Shown piece by piece: positions 56,612 through 63,905 of a DNA stretch of 64,000 nt. The notes below the pieces were generated by a model. The model had not been told where the DNA came from, did no database searches, and saw nothing but the letters and a program-made list of their open reading frames with translations. Both the position numbers and the translations under genes were made by a program. The stretch lies in the sequence record PQ471515.1; one strand, written 5' to 3'. The number at the start of each line of letters is the position of its first letter. Position 1 is the stretch's first letter.

Positions 56612-57790
56612 TTATCGGTTAAATTTAAAATCTGTTATGTGTGTCCATGTATGATTTAATGGTGTACTCATTGGTGTAAAGCCAGCAGGGTCTGACAAAG
56701 CTGTACCACGTGCGTACATAAATTGATTGCCAGTACAATCCATTATAGCATAAGAACGTTTTGCTGTGCCACATTTGAACCCAACTGCACTACTTGGGGT
56801 CGGTAATACTTCAAATGTAGGTGCATTTGAACTACCACCCCCATCTTTTGTTCCAGCTATGTACAGAACTCCATTAGTATCAATGATTAAGTTAGTCCAA
56901 TATACTTGTTCTCGTCCAGCAAAAAAATATGTTAAATCACCTGGTACAAATGGTAACGTTCCTTTATATATTGTGGTATTAACATCCACTGGTGCACCAG
57001 CTACACCCCATGAACTCATATAGTTTCTCCCACTTGCGTAGAATGTAGTTCCTTTACCGTAAAGTATTAATGTTGCTAGACTTGTTCGCATTGCATTATA
57101 TTCAAACTCAGGATCATCAGTAGCGTCCTTAAAAATCTGTGTCCATGTTGTTATATTGCCAGTAGTTGTAACACCCATTTGATAATAATAATTATCACCA
57201 GTAGCATAGAATTCTTTAGGGCCAGTTTGTACAATTGCATTCCTATTAGTTAACCAAAAATCTAATGTATTAGTCTTGATCTTGGTTGGTGTGTAATTCG
57301 CCACGGTATTTCCTTTTCCGAAATAACCATTAGCGTTATTTCCATGACCCCATAAATCACCATTAGTTGTGCGTAGGAATAATGTACCAATATTGAATCC
57401 AACTTTTTCTATAGTACTTATGTCAATACCAACAGTCGTGTACTTCGTTGTAAAATCTTGAAAAGTACTCCAATAATTAGATGAACCATTAAACATGGTT
57501 TGTTTACCAGTGTACTTCACTTTATTATCTTTAGTGATAAGTAATGTCCCCCACACTGACGCGAACATCAACTTAACATTTTCCATAACAAAGTATGGCT
57601 TACCGTATGCTGACGCGGTAGAGTTCAAACCTAATAGTTGTCCATTATTACTACAACCCCATACTTCGCCGTTATCCAAAAGCATCAACATAGTAGGTTT
57701 GCCAGATGATACATCCAAAAAGAAATCTTTTGGTGTTGGTACACCAGGTGTAATATTTCCATAATCAAACATTCTAACAAAAGGTAACAT
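56612..57790 (-). CDS. MLPF-tag protein 3, RCC1-like
   Basis: MLPFVRMFDYGN; LWGHGNNANGYFGKG, YATGDNYYYQMG. Confidence 0.75.
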   Translation of the reverse strand: MLPFVRMFDYGNITPGVPTPKDFFLDVSSGKPTMLMLLDNGEVWGCSNNGQLLGLNSTASAYGKPYFVMENVKLMFASVWGTLLITKDNKVKYTGKQTMFNGSSNYWSTFQDFTTKYTTVGIDISTIEKVGFNIGTLFLRTTNGDLWGHGNNANGYFGKGNTVANYTPTKIKTNTLDFWLTNRNAIVQTGPKEFYATGDNYYYQMGVTTTGNITTWTQIFKDATDDPEFEYNAMRTSLATLILYGKGTTFYASGRNYMSSWGVAGAPVDVNTTIYKGTLPFVPGDLTYFFAGREQVYWTNLIIDTNGVLYIAGTKDGGGSSNAPTFEVLPTPSSAVGFKCGTAKRSYAIMDCTGNQFMYARGTALSDPAGFTPMSTPLNHTWTHITDFKFNR

Positions 57791-57807
57791 ATTTCCCTCC
57801 TTTATTC

Positions 57808-57854
57808 ATTATACTATATTTAATCAAAAATAAAAGCCAGTATCAAGTACTGGC
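57808..57854 (-). promoter_or_regulatory. Terminator + late promoter cassette
   Basis: GCCAGTA/TACTGGC hairpin, T-tract, TAAATA-TAG-TATAAT. Confidence 0.75.
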
Positions 57855-57860
57855 ATCGTA

Positions 57861-58970
57861 TTACTTGGGTAATGGAATTGTGGTCCATCTATTTGCGGCA
57901 ACGTCACCTGGTACATATGTAGGACTACCACTTACAGCAATAGTTTCATTACCATCATATACAACACTGAAGTTTGTGCACGTATACAACGCTGCGGCAT
58001 CTGGATTGTAATTTTCAAGTGTTAGTGTATTGGTGAACAAATTCAATGCAGTAGTTGAGCCGTTTTTACCATATGCACCTGTAGTATATATCTTTCCTTC
58101 TGTTGTTGAGTACATATTAACATATGACCCAGATGATGATTTAGCAATTTTATCTATCTTGCTATCTATTGTTTTAGAGTTAAATTGAAATGGATATACC
58201 TGTACGTTAGTATCTAAACCATTTCCCAGTTCCCCATTTAACTGCCACCCTGTGTGGTACATTCCCGCATTTGTATATGCAAGCGTACTATACGCATTAC
58301 CACCCATTATTTTAGTGCCAGATAATTTTAAACCAAACGATGTCCACTTACCAGTTTCATTTCCTATGGAACCATAAGCACTTGTACCACACGCACGAAG
58401 CTCGCCATTTGACGTTAGAAGCACTGTATTATTAACGTTACCAAATATATCAATAACCTGATTAGTGCCATTATTCAGTACTGAAGTAAAAGTACTCTGT
58501 GAGTAAGTACTACCTGAACCAACAGAACCATTTGTGTTCATACCTCTTCCATATACAATTTTACCATCAGCACTAACATAGTGCATTGAATCAAAACCAA
58601 TGGATATCATTTTAATATCAGATATATCTGGAAATGAAGAAGTTACATCTACTCCACCTAGTGGAATTGTATTATTTCCTAAACCTAATGAGACATTAGT
58701 TCCGTGCATTATAAATTTATCTTCTTTAAAATATAAAATATTATATCCACCAGCCCATGCATTATTAACGCCATTTGTAATCAGTACCCATTTATTTTGT
58801 GTAGTAGTTCCAGTAATATTTAACTGTTGATAGTTATTGATTCCACAACCATATAGCGATCCATCACCATATAGTACATATAAATTATCATATCCTGCAA
58901 TAACTTTCTTTATTTTTTTGGGTACAGGTGCTACATTCCCATACTTTAACATTCTTCCAAAAGGTAACAT
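57861..58970 (-). CDS. MLPF-tag protein 2, RCC1-like; close paralog of 48715-49824
   Basis: MLPFGRMLKYGN; same 369 aa length and colinear sequence as protein 10. Confidence 0.8.
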   Translation of the reverse strand: MLPFGRMLKYGNVAPVPKKIKKVIAGYDNLYVLYGDGSLYGCGINNYQQLNITGTTTQNKWVLITNGVNNAWAGGYNILYFKEDKFIMHGTNVSLGLGNNTIPLGGVDVTSSFPDISDIKMISIGFDSMHYVSADGKIVYGRGMNTNGSVGSGSTYSQSTFTSVLNNGTNQVIDIFGNVNNTVLLTSNGELRACGTSAYGSIGNETGKWTSFGLKLSGTKIMGGNAYSTLAYTNAGMYHTGWQLNGELGNGLDTNVQVYPFQFNSKTIDSKIDKIAKSSSGSYVNMYSTTEGKIYTTGAYGKNGSTTALNLFTNTLTLENYNPDAAALYTCTNFSVVYDGNETIAVSGSPTYVPGDVAANRWTTIPLPK

Positions 58971-58987
58971 TATTTTCTCCTTTATTC

Positions 58988-59037
58988 ATTATACTATATT
59001 TAATACAAAAAGAAATGCCAGTACACAGTACTGGCAT
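58988..59037 (-). promoter_or_regulatory. Terminator + late promoter cassette
   Basis: ATGCCAGTAC/GTACTGGCAT hairpin, T-tract, TAAATA-TAG-TATAAT. Confidence 0.75.
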
Positions 59038-59043
59038 ATTAAT

Positions 59044-60192
59044 TCATTGTATAAATGACATATCTACTTCTGTATAATTAAGAACGTTCTGTCCAGAAAT
59101 ACCACCCATTACTACTATTGCAAGGCCACAATAATATAATTTTCCAGTATCCGTAAGTATAAGTGATCCAGATGGACTGCGTACCAAATCACACGAACTA
59201 TTAAAAGAAGTATAAGAAGGAGTATAGGAGTACTGATTATTATTATTACCAACACCTAATTGCCCAAACCCATTCGTTCCAGAAGCATATAGAACTTCAT
59301 CTGCTTTGACAATATGTGATGCCATGTTACCAACACAAGTATATAGAGTATAAACTCCTGAACTCAATAATGTCGGAGTTTTATATTGTATATCTGTAGA
59401 TGTAGAAGTACCACCTGTACCAAATTCGTTCCCATATTGTGCACCGAACTGTTTACCACAAGCGTACAAATTATTATCCGATTTGATAAAAAATGTACTC
59501 TGATAACTTACATTAAAATCTATAACATCCGAAGAAATCATCGTCACCCCAGTAATAGAAGTTTGATTACCCGTGCCCAACTGATAGTAATAGTTAAAAC
59601 CACAACCCCATAAAGTATTATCTTCTTTTAGGTATATGTTACCAACTGCCTTTTTAACCGAAGTTATAGTATCTATCCTTTTGAATGTGTTAAAAGAATT
59701 AATGTTTGTACCATCACCAAATGATGATAGGTTCGAGTTATTGTTCGCTCCACAACAATACAATGTACCATCGTTTGTTATCAAATTTACCTTCATATCA
59801 TAAAAACTACTCATGTACTTTATATCAGAAACATTAATACCACCTGATGTTATCCACGTGGTACAGTCCGTCCACAAAGTTTTTCTATCAGTTACACCAG
59901 TGAATGCCTTCGTGTTACCAGTGATAAAAACTTTTCCAGTACCTTTCTCTTCATACAATTGACAATCACTACTGTTATCTTCCAATAGAACTCGTTTAAC
60001 ATTCTCCGCACAAAGAATAAATTTACTCGATGCTACACCTGTACCAGTACCCCAATTCGTCGCAGAAGATGCATACAACTTATCAGTATAAGTATCATGA
60101 AGATACATAGAATCACTGGAATATATTTTAAAACGCCCTTCTTTCTCAGGTATAATATTCCCATAATCAAACATTCTAACAAAAGGTAACAT
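59044..60192 (-). CDS. MLPF-tag protein 1, RCC1-like
   Basis: MLPFVRMFDYGN at 60192 with GGAGG SD; LWGCGFNYYYQLGTG, YASGTNGFGQLGVG. Confidence 0.8.
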   Translation of the reverse strand: MLPFVRMFDYGNIIPEKEGRFKIYSSDSMYLHDTYTDKLYASSATNWGTGTGVASSKFILCAENVKRVLLEDNSSDCQLYEEKGTGKVFITGNTKAFTGVTDRKTLWTDCTTWITSGGINVSDIKYMSSFYDMKVNLITNDGTLYCCGANNNSNLSSFGDGTNINSFNTFKRIDTITSVKKAVGNIYLKEDNTLWGCGFNYYYQLGTGNQTSITGVTMISSDVIDFNVSYQSTFFIKSDNNLYACGKQFGAQYGNEFGTGGTSTSTDIQYKTPTLLSSGVYTLYTCVGNMASHIVKADEVLYASGTNGFGQLGVGNNNNQYSYTPSYTSFNSSCDLVRSPSGSLILTDTGKLYYCGLAIVVMGGISGQNVLNYTEVDMSFIQ

Positions 60193-60208
60193 ATTCCCTC
60201 CTTTATTC

Positions 60209-60223
60209 ATTATATCATATTTA
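60209..60223 (-). promoter_or_regulatory. Putative late promoter motif at head of array
   Basis: TAAATA-TGA-TATAAT. Confidence 0.65.
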
Positions 60224-60240
60224 CCCCAAAAAGAAAACCC

Positions 60241-60269
60241 TTGACAACCTTCCAGTACTGTTGTACAAT
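60241..60269 (+). promoter_or_regulatory. sigma70-type promoter for micro-gene array
   Basis: TTGACA-17-TACAAT with CAGTACTG in the spacer; divergent from array promoter. Confidence 0.75.
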
Positions 60270-60294
60270 AGAAGGAATATAAGGAGAACTACAC

Positions 60295-60522
60295 ATGACA
60301 AATACTCTTAAGTACTACCTCAATACTCTAAATGAACTAGAGTACGCGAAGTTTCTCGCGGATAGTTCGTGGCTAATTGAGCTAAAAACACATAACAGTA
60401 CTGGATGTAACCTTATGCTGAACAATGCACTTGATACCCTTGTAGTGAGCATTTTACACAACAACATCTGCGGGGATAGAAACAAACAATTATCAAAAAT
60501 CTTAGTACTGGTAGCTCTATGA
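60295..60522 (+). CDS. Micro-gene array member (divergent)
   Basis: AAGGAG SD; MTNTLKYYL...ILVLVAL. Confidence 0.6.
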   Translation: MTNTLKYYLNTLNELEYAKFLADSSWLIELKTHNSTGCNLMLNNALDTLVVSILHNNICGDRNKQLSKILVLVAL

Positions 60523-60731
60523 ACACTATGAACATTGAACAGTACTACATTGATGCACTACCAACAAAAGGTCTACGAGAAAGCCTACTGTATACACAAA
60601 ATAATTATATAAACCTCAAACATTGTCCTAAACTCTTGAACTCGTACAGGAATAATAAAATAAGAAATGCTGTACAAGGGGTAGAAAGTATGCAATACTA
60701 TTACATCCTAACCCTTTTAATCGAGCACTAA
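60519..60731 (+). CDS. Micro-gene array member
   Basis: MNTMNIEQYYIDALP...YYILTLLIEH. Confidence 0.65.
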   Translation: MNTMNIEQYYIDALPTKGLRESLLYTQNNYINLKHCPKLLNSYRNNKIRNAVQGVESMQYYYILTLLIEH

Positions 60732-60732
60732 T

Positions 60733-60918
60733 ATGTATAAAGAATTCTACTGTAGTAAGCTGCACAAACAATACAGAGATTCATTTCCCAATGAACCTAT
60801 GGATATGAATAGTCCCTTTTATAAATTTGACTTCAGACTGGAGACACGTTATGCAATAGAACATCAATTTCCTGAAACTAAGTACTTATCTATCATGAAC
60901 CTCATCTTTAAGTTCTAA
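60733..60918 (+). CDS. Micro-gene array member
   Basis: MYKEFY...YLSIMNLIFKF. Confidence 0.65.
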   Translation: MYKEFYCSKLHKQYRDSFPNEPMDMNSPFYKFDFRLETRYAIEHQFPETKYLSIMNLIFKF

Positions 60919-60929
60919 AAGAGTACTAT

Positions 60930-61142
60930 ATGAAAACAATGAACATACACCAGTACTACTTAGATATTCTCCCTAAAGATGTACAGTTCATCCTTAAACA
61001 AGAATACAGTACTTTAAAAAACCTTAAAAGAACCGCACCGAATGCATTAATCCTGCACCAAAAAAATGTAGTTGATAATATTCTACAAGGTGTACCAGGG
61101 ACCGAGTACTTTAACATAATAAGGCTAATTACATTACCATGA
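60930..61142 (+). CDS. Micro-gene array member
   Basis: MKTMNIHQYYLDILP...YFNIIRLITLP. Confidence 0.65.
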   Translation: MKTMNIHQYYLDILPKDVQFILKQEYSTLKNLKRTAPNALILHQKNVVDNILQGVPGTEYFNIIRLITLP

Positions 61143-61324
61143 ATCATATATTATACTATTACCAAAATCTATCCGACAGGGACAAGTACACCCACAACTC
61201 CAATGTATGGTACTACAAACGCGGTAGTATAAGAGACAAACAACATTACTTCTGTATTGCTATAAAAGAAGCACTAACAACTAAGTACACGTACAGAGCA
61301 GTACTGAAACTTATTGATATGTAA
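61139..61324 (+). CDS. Micro-gene array member
   Basis: C-terminal KYTYRAVLKLIDM. Confidence 0.65.
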   Translation: MNHILYYYQNLSDRDKYTHNSNVWYYKRGSIRDKQHYFCIAIKEALTTKYTYRAVLKLIDM

Positions 61325-61334
61325 AGAGAATACT

Positions 61335-61517
61335 ATGAGCATTGAATTGTACTTAAGTAAATTACAGCCTGGCGATAGATTCATCTACAATCAGTTCTGT
61401 ATCAACTACAAGAACGGGAGCAACAAATATCGTCGAGGATACCTATATACAAGCACAAGAGATGCACAAAACGAAAAGTACACATACAGAGAAGTACTTA
61501 AACTAATCTCTATTTGA
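61335..61517 (+). CDS. Micro-gene array member
   Basis: C-terminal AQNEKYTYREVLKLISI; start moved to ATG 61335. Confidence 0.65.
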   Translation: MSIELYLSKLQPGDRFIYNQFCINYKNGSNKYRRGYLYTSTRDAQNEKYTYREVLKLISI

Positions 61518-61525
61518 GGTAATAT

Positions 61526-61711
61526 ATGAATACATTTGAGTACTATACAAATAAACTATCTATGCCTGAAAGATCTCATCTCTATGTGTGGAGAAATGCG
61601 TATAAAAGCGGCAATAAACTTATACAAAGAAATTCCCTTACAGTGTGTACAAATTTAATTAAAGCAGAGTACCGCACATATATTGAAGTACTGAAACTGA
61701 TAGCAATCTAA
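61526..61711 (+). CDS. Micro-gene array member
   Basis: MNTFEYY...YIEVLKLIAI. Confidence 0.65.
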   Translation: MNTFEYYTNKLSMPERSHLYVWRNAYKSGNKLIQRNSLTVCTNLIKAEYRTYIEVLKLIAI

Positions 61712-61719
61712 GGTACTCT

Positions 61720-61899
61720 ATGCAAGAATTCTATATCTATAAACTCCAGCACAAAGATAGATACAACTATAATAAATTCCAAAGGTACTACACAGTCGGG
61801 AACAAAAGAGATAAAAAACGTTATCTACTCTCGTGTACAGTAGAAGCACAAAACGAAAAGTACACGTACAGAGAAGTACTTAAACTAATCTCAATCTAA
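61720..61899 (+). CDS. Micro-gene array member (59 aa, not in ORF track)
   Basis: MQEFYIYKL...AQNEKYTYREVLKLISI. Confidence 0.65.
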   Translation: MQEFYIYKLQHKDRYNYNKFQRYYTVGNKRDKKRYLLSCTVEAQNEKYTYREVLKLISI

Positions 61900-61906
61900 G
61901 GTAGAC

Positions 61907-62095
61907 ATGAACACTTTTGAGTACTACTTCAATAAACTAAACCACATAGAACAAAGTATGCACCACACATTTATTCAGAACCATCAATCATCTTCACCTC
62001 TAATTAAAAACATATCGATTGAGATTATAACTAACAATGTACTGTCATCTGAACGTTATATGTATATTGATGTACTGAAACTCATCTCTATGTAA
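61907..62095 (+). CDS. Micro-gene array member
   Basis: MNTFEYY...YIDVLKLISM. Confidence 0.65.
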   Translation: MNTFEYYFNKLNHIEQSMHHTFIQNHQSSSPLIKNISIEIITNNVLSSERYMYIDVLKLISM

Positions 62096-62103
62096 GGAAT
62101 AAT

Positions 62104-62283
62104 ATGCAAGAATACTATATAGAACACATAAGCATTAAAGACCGTTTCATGTACGACACCTTCGTGAAGTACTACAACTTGGCAACTAACAGTACTAAAA
62201 ATATTAATCTCAATAGCTGCATTCATCACGCACTAACAAAAGATAATCCCTTCAGGGAAATCCTCGCACTAGCATCTGTATAA
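62104..62283 (+). CDS. Micro-gene array member (59 aa, not in ORF track)
   Basis: AAGGA SD; MQEYYIEHI...FREILALASV. Confidence 0.6.
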   Translation: MQEYYIEHISIKDRFMYDTFVKYYNLATNSTKNINLNSCIHHALTKDNPFREILALASV

Positions 62284-62294
62284 AGGAAAACCAA

Positions 62295-62954
62295 ATGAAA
62301 CTTAATGCACACAGCAAACAATACCTTAAGCACTTTAAGTACCTCAACAGTATTCAAGCAGAATCTATTACATCTGCATATACGTATCACCCAAATGTAC
62401 TAAAGAAACGAAATAAAAAGAAAAAATCCAGAAATGTTCTCGTATCTAAGAACCTCAAATCGTACTTGAAGAAAAATAATATAGCTCTTGCTTTTATTAA
62501 TATCTATAATACTGATTTAAAAGTATTGAGTACTAATACCAGCACAAAAGCACTAAAGAATGCATCTATCTATATACACATGGATAATATCCCGTGCACT
62601 ATAATTCTATCTTTCGGGAATGTATACTTCTTCGGGAATTGTAATAGCACCCATGATATCAGTACTGCACAATTCCAAATCGGAGATATGTACTGCATGG
62701 GTTCAGAAAAAATACACGATAACATGCACTTCTTCCAAAAGCAACGTACTAACGAAACTGATACAGTACTGCAATTCCTCAAAGAACTAGAACACAAAGA
62801 ATTATCCGACGAAGAAGAATTCATGTACAGTACTGTAATCGATAATCCAGGACTCTATAAAAACGCGTACAAACTAACAAAACATGTACAGGAACTTATC
62901 AGTACTGATAAGAAATTTCATCACCTCATTACGTATATTACAAACTATGTATAA
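62295..62954 (+). CDS. Hypothetical protein, EE-FQ family with basic N-terminus
   Basis: SDEEEFMYSTVIDN motif; AAGGA SD. Confidence 0.65.
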   Translation: MKLNAHSKQYLKHFKYLNSIQAESITSAYTYHPNVLKKRNKKKKSRNVLVSKNLKSYLKKNNIALAFINIYNTDLKVLSTNTSTKALKNASIYIHMDNIPCTIILSFGNVYFFGNCNSTHDISTAQFQIGDMYCMGSEKIHDNMHFFQKQRTNETDTVLQFLKELEHKELSDEEEFMYSTVIDNPGLYKNAYKLTKHVQELISTDKKFHHLITYITNYV

Positions 62955-63132
62955 AGAATACTACATAGATAAACTCCCAATGCATCTACAATACCTTGTA
63001 CCAACAGAACCATTGGGTATAGAAAAAGACTACGAAAAAGACTACTTCGTTAAGTGCACTAAATCCTCGATAGATATTGACGACTATAATCGAGTACTGT
63101 ATCACATCATTTTACTAATATATAAGTACTAA
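62947..63132 (+). CDS. Micro-gene array member
   Basis: MYKEYYIDKLP...LYHIILLIYKY; start moved to ATG 62947. Confidence 0.65.
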   Translation: MYKEYYIDKLPMHLQYLVPTEPLGIEKDYEKDYFVKCTKSSIDIDDYNRVLYHIILLIYKY

Positions 63133-63133
63133 T

Positions 63134-63313
63134 ATGCACAAACATAAAGAATTCTACTTGTCGTACCTTAATTCCGATATAGTAACATCCAATACCTTCA
63201 GTACTAAAATTATCTATAATGAATTAATGAAAGAATGTATTAAAGGTGCTATTAACCCTAAAGATACGTATGACTTGTACTATGCAGTACTAACCCTTGT
63301 TTTCACGAAATAA
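63134..63313 (+). CDS. Micro-gene array member (59 aa, not in ORF track)
   Basis: MHKHKEFYL...LYYAVLTLVFTK. Confidence 0.6.
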   Translation: MHKHKEFYLSYLNSDIVTSNTFSTKIIYNELMKECIKGAINPKDTYDLYYAVLTLVFTK

Positions 63314-63321
63314 CACATAAT

Positions 63322-63510
63322 ATGAATAACCACAAAGAATACTACATAGATAAACTCCCAATGTATCTACAGAGCCATATACCAAACGTTGCATTGGGAA
63401 TAAAAGATGACGCAAAAACAATGTTCCAAGAATGTACTAAGTACACCCTAATGTTCGAGGATAGAACATATAAACTGTACTACATCCTCGCCCTAATATT
63501 CAAGTACTAA
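63322..63510 (+). CDS. Micro-gene array member
   Basis: MNNHKEYYIDKLP...LYYILALIFKY. Confidence 0.65.
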   Translation: MNNHKEYYIDKLPMYLQSHIPNVALGIKDDAKTMFQECTKYTLMFEDRTYKLYYILALIFKY

Positions 63511-63520
63511 AGAGAACAAT

Positions 63521-63703
63521 ATGCATAAAGAATACTACACACAATTTCTCCCCAGTATATTTGAACACTACGCCAGATATAAAGTCCCCCTGGATAACGA
63601 TTTGGCAGTACTGGGATTCAATAACTGCATAGAACGAAGTATAGAAAATAGTAGTAGTTATGACCAGCTATATAACACTATCCTACTTATATTCAGGTAC
63701 TAA
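63521..63703 (+). CDS. Micro-gene array member
   Basis: MHKEYY...LYNTILLIFRY. Confidence 0.65.
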   Translation: MHKEYYTQFLPSIFEHYARYKVPLDNDLAVLGFNNCIERSIENSSSYDQLYNTILLIFRY

Positions 63704-63704
63704 T

Positions 63705-63896
63705 GTGTATAAAGAATACTACATAAAAGATTTACCACCGCACCTTCAAGGTAATCTGTTAGAAGATGAACCTCGCGGTATCAATGCACAAAACGATAAA
63801 GTGTACTTTACTATGTGCACTAAAGCATGTATACTAGATTTTGATAGCTACCATCGAGTACTGTATCATGTACTGTACCTAGCTTTCGTGTACTAA
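63705..63896 (+). CDS. Micro-gene array member
   Basis: GTG start; (M)YKEYYIKDLP...LYHVLYLAFVY. Confidence 0.6.
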   Translation: MYKEYYIKDLPPHLQGNLLEDEPRGINAQNDKVYFTMCTKACILDFDSYHRVLYHVLYLAFVY

Positions 63897-63905
63897 GAGA
63901 ACAAT

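Noticed and set aside
39890-60192. 'Chromosome/DNA condensation' function implied by the RCC1 name
   Set aside because: RCC1 denotes only a propeller fold; the proteins are not basic, and the same tag is found on Kelch and Gly-rich domains.
45204-60223. Intergenic repeats of the MLPF array as CRISPR repeats or integron attC sites
   Set aside because: They decompose into terminator, promoter and SD; no integrase or cas gene, and no attC R-box/L-box structure is evident.
2696-62824. Many short ORFs in the track on the strand opposite to, or out of frame with, longer genes (e.g. 2696-2926, 7431-7907, 18985-19296, 27088-27327, 46736-47044, 48318-48626, 62570-62824)
   Set aside because: Fully overlap well-supported genes, lack SD sequences and family motifs; treated as shadow ORFs.
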